Shown here: positions 38,015-48,361 of the stretch, one piece after another | How the letters are laid out: every line of letters starts with the position of its first letter | Position numbering within the stretch: the first letter of the stretch is position 1 | DNA from: Lingula anatina | Taxonomy: Eukaryota; Animalia; Brachiopoda | Direction of reading: 5' to 3' | Assembly (NCBI GenBank): GCA_051362555.1 | Contig: CM120640.1 | Location: 16,864,001-16,928,000 of the forward strand | Length of the DNA stretch: 64,000 nt | Notes under the pieces: generated by a model | Told to the model about the DNA's origin: nothing | The model's database searches: none | Seen by the model: the letters and a program-made list of their open reading frames with translations, nothing else | Made by a program: the position numbers and the translations under genes

Positions 38015-40500
38015 GATTCAACTAGAATAGGCTACACTAAACCTTATATTAAACTAACTATTATTTGGGGGGATATGAAAACTGCATCATCAGTTAATCT
38101 AGGTTTTATTCAGCATGGATGCAATTTTCATATCCCTAGCTTTAAAACAATCATAAAGAAAATTAGTTGTGCATTTTGCAATATCAAAATCATTACATTG
38201 CAGTACAGTAATAAAAAGGTCACTGATGGACTCAGGGGCTGCACTGCCCAGTATATCTTTAACCTGGTTAAGGAATATGGCTCTTAGTGGAGCATAAGAG
38301 GGGCATATCATCATAAAATGGAACTCATCCTCAACTGACCCCATGTTGCACACCGTGCATAGCCTTTTCTCTATGGGTATTTTAGGATTCATGTGTCTCC
38401 CCTTTTCAATTGCCAAATTGTGGGCACTTATCCTGAATTTGCAAAGGAATGTAGATTTGGGTTTGTGGATTAACTGTGTGTATATTTCTCTTTTAAAATC
38501 TTTTTTGAAGGTACTGTAGGTACGTAATTTTTTACCCTCCGTGTTCAGGGATGCTAGGTGAGATTTAAAGGCCGAACTATAAGAGATTAGGATAAGCGGT
38601 TTTATTATGGAAGAGAGTGCGGTCATGGATATTTTAAAAGGGTCCTCCCAAATGTCAGGGCGTCCAATGAGCGCCAGTGTATTTTTAATGCCGGTTGACC
38701 AGGTTGAGGTGTTAAGTCTGTTTAAATTTTCATTTTCGTGAAGTGCATGAGTAACTAAGGAGGTGGTGTCATGGTGCTTTTTATATTGGAGGCTGTGCCA
38801 GTATTTGAGGGCCAGTGTGTAGGCAGTGGTCAGTATTGGGAAGCTGCCCAGTTCTCCGCGGACAGCATGTGAGGGAGATTTTCGGTTAACACCTAGGATA
38901 GTTTTGCAGGCCTTGAGATGTAAGGTTTCAATGGAAAGTTTGTCACAAATTAGGAAGTAGCTGTCTTTACTTGAGTTTTTGACAAAGTATGGTGCCCAAA
39001 CTTCAGAGCCATAGGTAAGAATGGGAGCTATGAGTGAGTCAAAAAGTTTCATGGAAATGGGCACTGGGCTGGTGAATAATTTATTGCGGATTTTGAAAAA
39101 TGCTTTCCCCCCTTTTGATTTGAGTATTTCAAGGGATTTGGTGAAACTTCCGGATGGAGTAAAGACAAGTCCTAAATAGCAGTATTCACTACAGATTTCT
39201 AGAGGTATATCGCCAAACTTGAAAATTTGTTTCTGGATTTTGTGGCCAGATTTATTGAATATCATGACTTTTGTTTTAGTGATGTTCACTAGTAGCTTCC
39301 ATTTTTTGCAGTAGGCCTGAAGTTGATTTATTGCAGTTTGTAAACCTGCACTGCTTTCCGACATAATTACTAGATCGTCTGCATATAATAGGCAATTTAA
39401 TTTTTGATTATTCAGAGACACTGGGTCACATCTGTCGTTAAAAATTGAGGGCAGGTCACTTATGAAGAGATTAAAGAGGAGTGGACTGAGATTACAGCCT
39501 TGCTTAACACCAACAGAGGACGAGAGACTATTTGTTATGCTATTTCTGCATTTGACGGCAAAACGCACAGATGAGTACATATTACGAAGGGTTCTTAGAA
39601 AGTTCCCATTGATGCCTGCCCTTGTCAGTTTGTAGAACAGGGCGTTTCGCCACACGGTATCGAAAGCAGAGGAAAAGTCAACAAAGCAAACAAAGAGGTT
39701 GGATTTAGAGGCCCTTTTAACATATTTATCTATGAGGGTTTTTAATACTAAAATATGGTCACTGGTGCGGCTTCCTTTTTTAAAACCAATTTGATTTGGG
39801 GGTATGATGTTGTGTTTTTCTACATATGTTGTGAGTCTGTTGTTCAGGATTAGACAGAATAGTTTACATATATTGCTAGTGACAGCAATTCCTCTATAGT
39901 TATTTGGATCTGTTTTGTCACCCTTTTTGTGTATAACTGTTAGAAAGCTTGTTCTCCAAAGTGTAGGGAATGTTCCATTTGTGAGAATGTGGTTGAAGAG
40001 AATACACAGGGGGGCTGCCAGTCTGTGAATACCCTCTTTGATCATTTCATTAGGTATGCCATCTGGGCCAGAGGATTTATTATTCTTAAGTTTTGTAGAA
40101 GCCTTTTTTATTTCATTTACAGTAAGTCGGTAGTCAAGTTCATTGAAAGTACCGTTTTTAATACCATTAAAGAATTCATTAATTAGGGATTCAAATTTGG
40201 GGTCCTCATGTTGTAGACTTCTATTCATGAGATTATTAAAATGTTCCCACCATAAGTGGGGTGGTATAGGGTTACAGTTACTTTTTTTTTCATTCTCACA
40301 TAGCTGGTCATAGAGGTTCCAAAATGTTTTGGGGTCAGAATTCTCGAGGGTTTCAATTTTGTGGAAAATGTGGTTACGAAAGTCGTTTCTTTTTTTATTT
40401 AGTAGTTTTGAGTATTGTTTTTTTTGCCTATTGTATTCTTGTATGAGGTGTTGATTTTGGGGATTTTTTCGAATTTGTCTACTTAGAGATTTGGAAAGAA
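37800..40500 (-). mobile_element. 5'-truncated non-LTR retrotransposon (RTEX-like LINE)
   Basis: Reverse-transcriptase ORF followed by a 3' UTR with a T-run, AATAAA (37824-37819) and a (TTCTGA)3 tail. The empty site is visible in the paralogous host element at about 48935. Confidence 0.93.
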
Positions 40501-40513
40501 AAGATATATCCAA
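38099..40513 (-). CDS. LINE ORF2 fragment: reverse transcriptase plus C-terminal CCHC finger (endonuclease missing)
   Basis: Open frame of about 800 aa with KSSGPDGI, NYRGIA, QIGF, FVDFSSAFD, GVKQGCNLSPLLFN, LLYADDL, YCYLG and C-terminal RLCTVC...EDEFHFMMIC. The first few residues come from host DNA. Confidence 0.92.
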   Translation of the reverse strand: MDISFLSKSLSRQIRKNPQNQHLIQEYNRQKKQYSKLLNKKRNDFRNHIFHKIETLENSDPKTFWNLYDQLCENEKKSNCNPIPPHLWWEHFNNLMNRSLQHEDPKFESLINEFFNGIKNGTFNELDYRLTVNEIKKASTKLKNNKSSGPDGIPNEMIKEGIHRLAAPLCILFNHILTNGTFPTLWRTSFLTVIHKKGDKTDPNNYRGIAVTSNICKLFCLILNNRLTTYVEKHNIIPPNQIGFKKGSRTSDHILVLKTLIDKYVKRASKSNLFVCFVDFSSAFDTVWRNALFYKLTRAGINGNFLRTLRNMYSSVRFAVKCRNSITNSLSSSVGVKQGCNLSPLLFNLFISDLPSIFNDRCDPVSLNNQKLNCLLYADDLVIMSESSAGLQTAINQLQAYCKKWKLLVNITKTKVMIFNKSGHKIQKQIFKFGDIPLEICSEYCYLGLVFTPSGSFTKSLEILKSKGGKAFFKIRNKLFTSPVPISMKLFDSLIAPILTYGSEVWAPYFVKNSSKDSYFLICDKLSIETLHLKACKTILGVNRKSPSHAVRGELGSFPILTTAYTLALKYWHSLQYKKHHDTTSLVTHALHENENLNRLNTSTWSTGIKNTLALIGRPDIWEDPFKISMTALSSIIKPLILISYSSAFKSHLASLNTEGKKLRTYSTFKKDFKREIYTQLIHKPKSTFLCKFRISAHNLAIEKGRHMNPKIPIEKRLCTVCNMGSVEDEFHFMMICPSYAPLRAIFLNQVKDILGSAAPESISDLFITVLQCNDFDIAKCTTNFLYDCFKARDMKIASMLNKT

Positions 40514-41240
40514 TGTTTTTGTATTTTTTGCTTATCAAAGAAGACTTAGTCCTGAGATATACACGTGCACAATACATGTGCTTGCCGTGTGCCAAATGTA
40601 TGCCGGATACCACTATAAGGGCTGCGCAATGGCTACACGAAAATAAATTTTTACAGCAGAATGTTGCTTGTATTGTGGCACTGACCTTCGACTGCAAGAT
40701 ATTTTCAATTCAAACTTGTAACTCCGCGTCAGGCACTTTAATTGCTTCTTGTCTCGCCTGCACGAGACTTCAGCGGCCAAACCTGTGACGTACGAGACTT
40801 ATGACTTCCAAATATGGATCCAGGCGGACACAGCTGTGACGTGTGACTTCCAAATATGGAAGCGCCCCAGGCAGAATTTTGAAGAAGAACACCCCCGAGT
40901 TGCCACTGTTCGCTAGAGCCTGGTATTGCTACTATGGGTTATATATGAAATCAAGATGGAGCTGGCAATACCGGAATCTAGAACCTAGGGTACATAAAAG
41001 TCATGTTCTTTTTAAAAATGAGCTCCAAAAGGCCTCAGCACACAATTGAAAAATTATCATTTTCTCAAACACATTCCTTCTTCAGAATTTTCCTGATTTT
41101 TGCTGTGATTGCTGCCCTCAGTTTACCAGTTGTTTGAGGGTTTTTCTGGTACACTTTATCCTTAAGATACCCCCACAGAAAAAAATCAGGGAGGAGTTTC
41201 AAGTCTGGTGAAGGCCCTGCCCACTCAACATGGGGTCATG

Positions 41241-41530
41241 TCGATACTCAATCCCCTGCACCGTTACTCCCCCGCACCGTTTCTCCCCCGCACCGATACT
41301 CCCCTGCACCGATAATCCCCCTTAGTAATTTTTTGTATTATGCGCATCGATACGATCCCACACCGATATATCCCCGCACCAGTACATCCCCGCATCGATA
41401 CTCCCCCGCACTTATACTTCCCCGCACTGATACTCCCCCTCAGTATCGATGCGGGGAAGCAATGATGTGGGGGAGTATGGGTGCGAGGATGAACTAGTGC
41501 GGGATTATCGGTGCGGGGACGTATACTCTG
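41241..41530. mobile_element. Element built of ~16-bp repeats (TCCCCCGCACCGATAC) in two opposed arrays, foldback/Rehavkus-like
   Basis: About 11 C-rich units at 41250-41440, then about 5 reverse-complement G-rich units at 41442-41520. Confidence 0.6.
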
Positions 41531-41964
41531 CATTTAACCCTCGAGATCACACTTCCTGCTGATCAGTCTCTTCTAAAATTTGCGATGTGGCAGTGCTGAG
41601 AAAGCTTTGGACATCACTGGGACAATCCAGAGGGATAGGTCAAGATGGACAGTTGTTCCAGCAAGACAGGGCCATCCCCACACATCAAATGACTCCCTAG
41701 CCTGAATGAGAGAGTGATCTCAGGAGTGGCAGATCCTGCAGAAAGTGTGACATTGAGTGGGCACTGTATTCACCAGACTTGAAGCTCTCCTGATTTTTAT
41801 CTGTGGGGGTATCTCAAAGACAATTTGTACCAGAACAGCCCTCAGATGATTGGTTAACTGTGGGGAGCAATCAGAGCAAAAATCTGGAAAATTTCAAAGG
41901 AGCAATGTGTTTGAGAAATTGAGTATTTTTTTGCGATGAATGCAAGTGTGCATCCAATGCCTTA

Positions 41965-42179
41965 GGCTGTATTCCCAGAGCTTTTAGATCGATCTATCCC
42001 CGCGGGGAGTCTCACTAGATTACTGTCAGATAATCTGGCTTAAATGTCCGTCCCGCCTACTACAAGCTGTAAGGGGGTAATTAACTTTCGTGTCCGCTCG
42101 GCTGACAGCTATTTAGCGTGAACCCCCATGGAGTTAGGTCGATCTAAAGTAGATCGATCTAATCTCTGGAAATGGGGTC
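41965..42179. mobile_element. PIF/Harbinger-like MITE (family H2), inserted in the mariner relic
   Basis: TTA|GGCTGTATTCCCAGAG ... CTCTGGAAATGGGGTC|TAA; related copies at 44288-44534 and 47113-47331; removing it rejoins the transposase C-terminus (CIQC...RGHLEH). Confidence 0.85.
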
Positions 42180-42482
42180 TAAGAGGCCATTTGGAGCATA
42201 TTTTCTTAAATTACATAATGCATATGATCATACACATATTGATTCGAAGTTTTAAGTCCAGCAAATTTCTTGAAATTTTATGGATGTTTGTAGGATTTAT
42301 TAAAATTTTTATGGGTTCTACTTATTTATATATTTATTTATTTATTTATTTTTTTTATTTTTTTTTGGGGGGGGGGGTGTCAGCCTGTTAAAAGATTTAT
42401 CTACAGGTATCACTTACTTGGATGTAAAAAGTTGCCAATAGAGGAATTCCAATTCACTTGGTCAAATTTAAATATTTCAGTT

Positions 42483-42707
42483 ACATTTTGGGGAAAAAAG
42501 AGTTGGGCAAGTAAATGAAAAATGTTTTTAGTCCACTGGAGCTACATGTACCTTTTCAGCATTTTAACCTACCAGACAATGCAATTACTGTAGACATTTT
42601 GGGGGAAAAAGAGTTGGGCAAGTAAATGAAAAATGTTTTTAGTCCACTGGAGCTACATGTACCTTTTCAGCATTTTAACCTACCAGACAATGCAATTACT
42701 GTAGACA
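42483..42707. repeat. Near-perfect 111-bp tandem duplication within a probable DNA-transposon remnant
   Basis: Units start at 42483 and 42594 and are almost identical. Confidence 0.92.
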
Positions 42708-42806
42708 GGTGGATGTAATTTGCCCCTGACAATAAATAAGGCTTGTTGTCAACCTTAGGCTTGTTGTCAACCTTTAAATGTTTGATTTCAACTTTTTCCA
42801 TATGCC

Positions 42807-43006
42807 ATGCCCCTATTTTTCAATTGTGTGAAGACCAATGTCAACTTCACAGTGGTAGCATCATTCTTGGTAGAAACGGAAAATGAGGAATCCATCATGG
42901 AGGCACTGGCCATAATCAAGCAATTCAGCCCAGAGTGGGATCCTGAACATATGATGGTGGATTACAGCATGTCTGAAATAAATGTAGTAGAGGCCTCTTT
43001 CCTAGG
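42807..43006 (+). pseudogene. MULE transposase exon relic
   Basis: PLFFNCVKTNVNFTVVASFLVETENEESIMEALAIIKQFSPEWDPEHMMVDYSMSEINVVEASF matches the MULE DDE-domain segment of animal Mutator transposases; followed by a GT donor. Confidence 0.7.
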
Positions 43007-44287
43007 TTTGTGCTGTGTTTGGGCACTGTGTCTTGATACACTGCTTGATTCACTGCACCAAATAGACTCTCTTCAAGTGTATACTAGTAAGGAAACATTG
43101 GCACAGTTTTGGAAAAAGCCAAAGGAGCAATTCCACGTGAGTATGGATTGCTGAGAAAGTCTAAGTCTCCATGTAAACAAAAACAGCCAATAAATACTCA
43201 GCATAAGAAGACGCTTATTTCTCTTTTTTTAATATATATGAGATCAATATAACATGCTTTATGTTTTTGGTAATTGACAGTTATCTGGACATTGTGATTA
43301 GCAACAGTGGTAAGGTCACAGTTTGATGGCAAACACAGATTCCAGAATAATTGCGATAAACGCTATTTTGGTGATAAAATAGAATTTAGTCTGTGATTGT
43401 TTTCAATGTATTTATTGTGAAACATGAATCTCATAAGAAGAGTCATTATCTCTTTAAGCTCTTAATGTTACATTGTGTACCTTAACAGGCTCTCTCAGTT
43501 ATAATTAAAATGAGTAAAATACACTGTATATAATATCAGTCTTACAAAAACATACATTCTTGTTCATGATGGCATGCTCACATTATTACAAGACTTAGTA
43601 CAGTATATCATAACAACATGTAAGATAACATAATCATTGAAATTATTCTTTTTACAGGTGTGCCATGTGAGCCTTCATTCAATGTCAAGGATTGCATATG
43701 ATGGAGACATGGCTTATTTTTCTAAGGTAAACCATATAAATATATTCACTTTGAATAGTTAGCAGAATATGGTTTAAAGAAAGAATTTTCAATTATTTTT
43801 AGTCATTATATTATAATATAAATATTTCATTTGGCACTTATACAATTGTCATCTTTTTGTTATGTATTAAAGGTAATCACACTGTCTCTTGTGGTTGCTT
43901 TTATTAAGTAAACTTCAAATAATATGATGAAAACATTGAGCTTTATCTTAACCACAATTAGATATACTGGCACTTTTAAAATGAATATATATATATATAT
44001 ATATAGTTTTAAAAAAGGTTACTTTCCATATTTATGTTAAAAAAAACCATTATTCTCAATACTTGGGTTTCTTTTTTAAATTTGAATAGAAAGATAGGTT
44101 TCCTATCGCAATTGTTATGAATAGATTAATTTGAGTTAAATTCCACTTGCTTCTATTAATCTATTAATTTTTTTCTTTGTTTGTGATATAAAAAGACCTC
44201 TGAGAATATGTCATAGTGGGACTTTGCATTAGACGAGGACACTACTCTGTCTTGGTAAGTATTGAACCCTTATATGGGACTCTCTCA

Positions 44288-44534
44288 GGGACCATTCCCA
44301 CAGATATTTGGATCGATCTATCTCCCTGGGGAGTCTCACTAAATTGCTATCAACTTTACTGGCTTAATTGTCTGTCACACATAGTAAAGCTGTTAGGGGG
44401 TAGTTATCTTTACCACTAACTGATTCGGGAGGCGTGACAGACATTTAAGCCAGTTAAGTTGATAGCAATTTAGTGAGACTCCCCAGGGAGTTAGACCATT
44501 CCAGATGGATCGATCTAGGCATGAGAACCCAGTC
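44288..44534. mobile_element. H2-family MITE, more symmetric variant
   Basis: Inverted arms GAGTCTCACTAAATTGCTATCAAC... / ...GTTGATAGCAATTTAGTGAGACTC, GATCGATCTA motifs, TCA flanks. Confidence 0.75.
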
Positions 44535-45155
44535 TCAGATTTAAATTTTGGATTTGGGTTGTTTTGACTAATGTAGGCTGTTTATATATCTCTCCAATAA
44601 CTATACATATGCATGACATTGTTTTAGGCAATAACAAATCTATATCATTTCTAATTATCTTGTTTTCCAAAAAAAAAAAAATGCTACATTTATTTGTTTA
44701 ATGAAAAATTTAAAGACATAATTTGGAGAAATTTAGCACTCTGTAGATCTGACATTTGATTAATTCTCCACACCAACAGCAGTTGTTGTATTTTGTGAAA
44801 CTTTGAAGATATGTTGTAATGACTGGGGCTTATTTTTTCACTTGTGTCTACAGGATTGTGGAAGAAAGGAGGGCAAATACACCTTTCTCAATTCTCTTGG
44901 AGAGACTGACCAAGAAAAGGATATAATCACAAGAAACTGGAGGTACATGTAGTTGAATATTAAAGCATCATCATATCAAAAAAATGATATGATGTCATAT
45001 TGCATCACAGTAATAATATGTTTATAGTGCACAGTGCAGACAATTGAATATTATGCATAGGTTGAGAAATATAATTCTTCTTGTAATGTATTTTCAGCAA
45101 CTTCTCTAGAAGAAAAGAAACCAGGTGCCAGTTTGTCATCATTGACCATGATAAA

Positions 45156-45324
45156 TGTAGCGGTGCAATTTATCGTCCAACACGATAACAACGTGCTTCC
45201 AAAATACCCTTTATTCTCCGAAATCCAGTATTAGGTACACATAATGTCTGCTACCCCGCCATGTTCCTTTCTCGCCGACACTACCCCAGTTTATGCACAC
45301 TGGCACTATATTTACCCCGTTACA
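45156..45324 (-). mobile_element. Probable solo LTR (about 169 bp)
   Basis: TGTAGCGG...CCGTTACA termini, minus-strand TATA-like and AATAAA motifs, flanks ATAAA/TTAAA (imperfect TSD). Confidence 0.55.
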
Positions 45325-46735
45325 TTAAAACAACTAGGTGACTGCACTTGTGGATTATGGTGTATACACGTGAGTTGTTACAGAGGCGGATCCAGAGATA
45401 TTTTCTGACTGATTTAATTATCACTCCTTCCAAATTATCTTTGTTGATCCATCCTCCATCCTCCTTCTGACAGAAAAAATTAGAAACCTGTCAATGTAAG
45501 CTTGAAAATCTGACCGTCTTCTGGAGATCAAAAAGATGGCCCCAACCTGTCCATGTTACCTAGGAAGCACGCATTGTATTATAAGTTCTTAGATGGTACA
45601 CTGCTGAAGAGTCCCCAAGCAAAACATTTGTTGGGCAATAAAAATAATTGATTTTATTATTTAGCTCCCCAGCAAGGTTTGAGCACTATTCAATATGACC
45701 AGATCATGTATATATACACTGAAGAAAATATAAATACCCCATGTGAATTTATTAAAACATGAAATGGGGTATGGACAGTAACCTGTATCTACGGATAGCA
45801 TGGACAGTAATCTGTGACACTTAGAGCAATTTAAATTAACTTTGTATGATTTACTATAGACATATATGTATATATATATACATTAAAGTATTGTGTGGGG
45901 CATTTTTTTCTTTGTATATAAATAATTGTTTTGTTATTAAGTAAAATAATGAAATAAAAATGATTTTTGGATAGGGTGTAAAAAATATATTAAATAGTGG
46001 AAAAATGCCTTGACTCCAAGAATAAGGTGAAAAGTTCTATCATAGGACTGGCAATAGTTTTCTCGACATTAATAATGTAACAACATAAGACAGACTTATG
46101 ATTGTTTAACTTTTATGTTATAATACTTTTATAAAAAGTCTCTTTGAAAGGTCTTTTTGTATTACTTTTCTGTTCAAATCATTATTTTTAAAAGTGATTT
46201 GAGGTATTTGTTCTATGTAGTGTTATGAGTTAATTAAACAGTTCAAGATTACTAATTTTTTTGTTTTAACCACAATTATTATTTTACAACTTTCCAGGGG
46301 TGGTGTAGGTGATCACAGGCAGATCAAGTCCTCTGAAGAATTCATCCCTTAGTCAGCTTGTTAATTTTTTCATTCATACCTGACAGTCTGCAGATTCCAG
46401 ATACTCAAGATATTTCATCAGGACAATTGATCTGCCTGAGCACGTTTAATTATCGTGCCCTCCTATCACAGAAAATTATTTACTAGACTTAAGCTCATGT
46501 TGGGTCACTGTAAATCACTGTGCCCCTGGTTTTAGGTTGGCTCATTAATTATTTTGCAAATTGCAGTAACATTGGTTCACCATTGAGCCAAGGTCAATGC
46601 ATTGTTGGTTTGAGGTTGGGTAGCTGTTGGATCAGTGTTGGCTATTAGTTGGGCCAATGTAAAGACACTGTTGTTTAGAGGTTGGGTAATTATTGGGCCA
46701 TTGTTGGTTATTAGTTAGCCCAATGTACCCGGGTA

Positions 46736-47063
46736 GGGACACTGCTGAAACTGTTGGTCCGATCGGTCATGACCGACTAAATTTGTCTGAACCGGTAAAA
46801 AATTGGACCTGGTCGGTCCAAAGGACCAATAAGAGTTTTAAGAGCCGACATTTTGAATTTACAGTCATCATTCAACATACTTCACTAATATAAAACCCAA
46901 ATAGTTGTCCCCTTCCATTTCTTACCGATCACATTGACACACAAAGTAAGCTACCTTATCGTAGTATCCGTCTCAAACGAATAGGGTGATTTTCAGTCTG
47001 GCAATTTTTTTACTACTGCCGGTCCAAATGTCCGGCCCTTCTGAAAAGTTTTAAGCATGTCTG
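46736..47063. mobile_element. Degenerate hAT-like MITE with GGTCC/GGACC subterminal repeats
   Basis: Left gacactgctgaaact, right agttttaagcatgtctg; repeated ggtcc/gaccg motifs near both ends. Confidence 0.5.
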
Positions 47064-47112
47064 TTGTTTGGTTGGGAATATGTTGACAATGTGTAGTATT
47101 GAAAGTGACTAA

Positions 47113-47331
47113 GGGTGTATTCCCAGAGATTTAGATCGATCCAGAGATTAAGATTTAGATCAACCTTACTCCCTGGGGGTTCACGCTAAATTGCAGTCAG
47201 CTGAGCGCGCACCATAGTTAATTACCCCCTTACAGCTTTCAGTACGGGACAGACGGTTAAGCCAGCTAAGCTGACAGTAATCTAGTGAGACTCTCCACAG
47301 GGATAGATCTAAAATCTATGGAAATGGGGTC
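47113..47331. mobile_element. H2-family MITE
   Basis: TAA|GGGTGTATTCCCAGAG ... CTATGGAAATGGGGTC|TAA. Confidence 0.85.
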
Positions 47332-47388
47332 TAACTGTGCGCCAGGGTTTCCCAAAGATATTCAGCTAACCGTGAGCACTTACTCTTA

Positions 47389-47648
47389 GGCTTCGTTCAC
47401 ATGGAATGTCTATTTTCTAAAAATCTATTTTCTATTCGCGGTATGTCTTATGATCACGGTCTGTGCCCTGAATATCCTGCGGCGTAATTACTGGCAGCGC
47501 GAGCCAGTTACTTATAGTAACTTATAGTAACTGGCTCGCGCTGCCAGTAATTACGCCGCGGGATATTCAGGGCACTGACCGTGATCATAAGACATACCGC
47601 GAATAGAAAATAGAATTTAGAAAATAGACATTGCATGTGAATGAAGCC
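47389..47648. mobile_element. H1-family palindromic MITE, opposite orientation to 10053-10311
   Basis: TTA|GGCTTCGTTCACATGG ... CATGTGAATGAAGCC|TTA; near-identical to copy 1. Confidence 0.92.
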
Positions 47649-47923
47649 TTAAATGGAAATTCAACGTTGGGCCTAAGTACGTTATCTTGGTCAACAAAGA
47701 CAATGGATGCTGGACAGCTTTATAGTATTGTAGATTTAAAAAGTTTAAAAATTGCTGTGAATGTAGGGCAATTTTGTATTGCTTGAATTTTTCTGCAGGC
47801 AAAATAATGTGTTATATAAAAAACATGATATGTTTATAAAAACACATTATTTGAGAGAAGGAAAACAAGTCCCCATGCCAATACCATGTTGCATTTTTAT
47901 ACTATTGCAAGGTATTGATTCTG

Positions 47924-47925
<2 letters not shown>

Positions 47926-48014
<89 letters not shown>
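47926..48014. repeat. (TA)n(TG)n microsatellite
   Basis: Direct reading. Confidence 0.95.
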
Positions 48015-48015
<1 letters not shown>

Positions 48016-48361
48016 TTATATTTTGACTAAACAGCTTGTTTTTCCATCCTGTGGCACATACAAATAATGTAGTCCAAAAATGTATTACCAGTATTATATG
48101 TTCCCGCTTTAGGGAGAAGTGATAAATCATTACAATCTCTAAATGTTTCCTCTTTCAGAAGAGGTGATAATTAAATCAGCCACCTGCATTTTTGCTTTAG
48201 GACTCTATTTGTAATAATGACACGTCCATTTCCTCTAATAGGTATTATTCTTTCCAACCTTCTGAAAATAATTAAGCCAGTATATTTGCCAACGATGACA
48301 CATACCGGTACCTATAATGGCTTTACACTCTGAACTATGCACTCTACCCAGTAGGCTATAG

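Larger units (their letters stand above)
37526..40992. mobile_element. Hairpin-ended, possibly Academ-like, non-autonomous element (family A), copy 1, interrupted by a LINE
   Basis: Ends TACCCTGAGTGTCAGA ... TCTAGAACCTAGGGTA; 8-bp TSD CATTAAAG/CATAAAAG; homologous to 48691-49471. Superfamily assignment is tentative. Confidence 0.8.
37359..42387. mobile_element. Decayed Tc1/mariner relics: two 3' halves in inverted orientation, hosting nested insertions
   Basis: Plus strand 41590-42205 translates, with stops and shifts, as FQQD..IPH..., EWALYSPDL..PDFYLWGYLKDNLYQ ... RGHLEHIF. The same region appears on the minus strand at about 41010-41235 and continues at 37525-37359, ending TA|CAGGG; the right end is ...GTCAGCCTG at 42387. 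Confidence 0.75.

Noticed and set aside
38099-40513. Reverse transcriptase as a retron, group II intron or domesticated gene
   Set aside because: Motifs, CCHC tail, 3' repeat and empty site indicate an ordinary truncated LINE.
41241-41530. CRISPR-like regular repeats
   Set aside because: Units are adjacent with no unique spacers, form opposed arrays and lie in animal DNA without cas genes; better explained as transposon subterminal repeats.
47779-48130. ORFs with IY repeats
   Set aside because: Translation of a (TA)n microsatellite.
48300-48361. tRNA-derived SINE head on the minus strand
   Set aside because: Only an A-box-like stretch; no B box and no second copy in the window.
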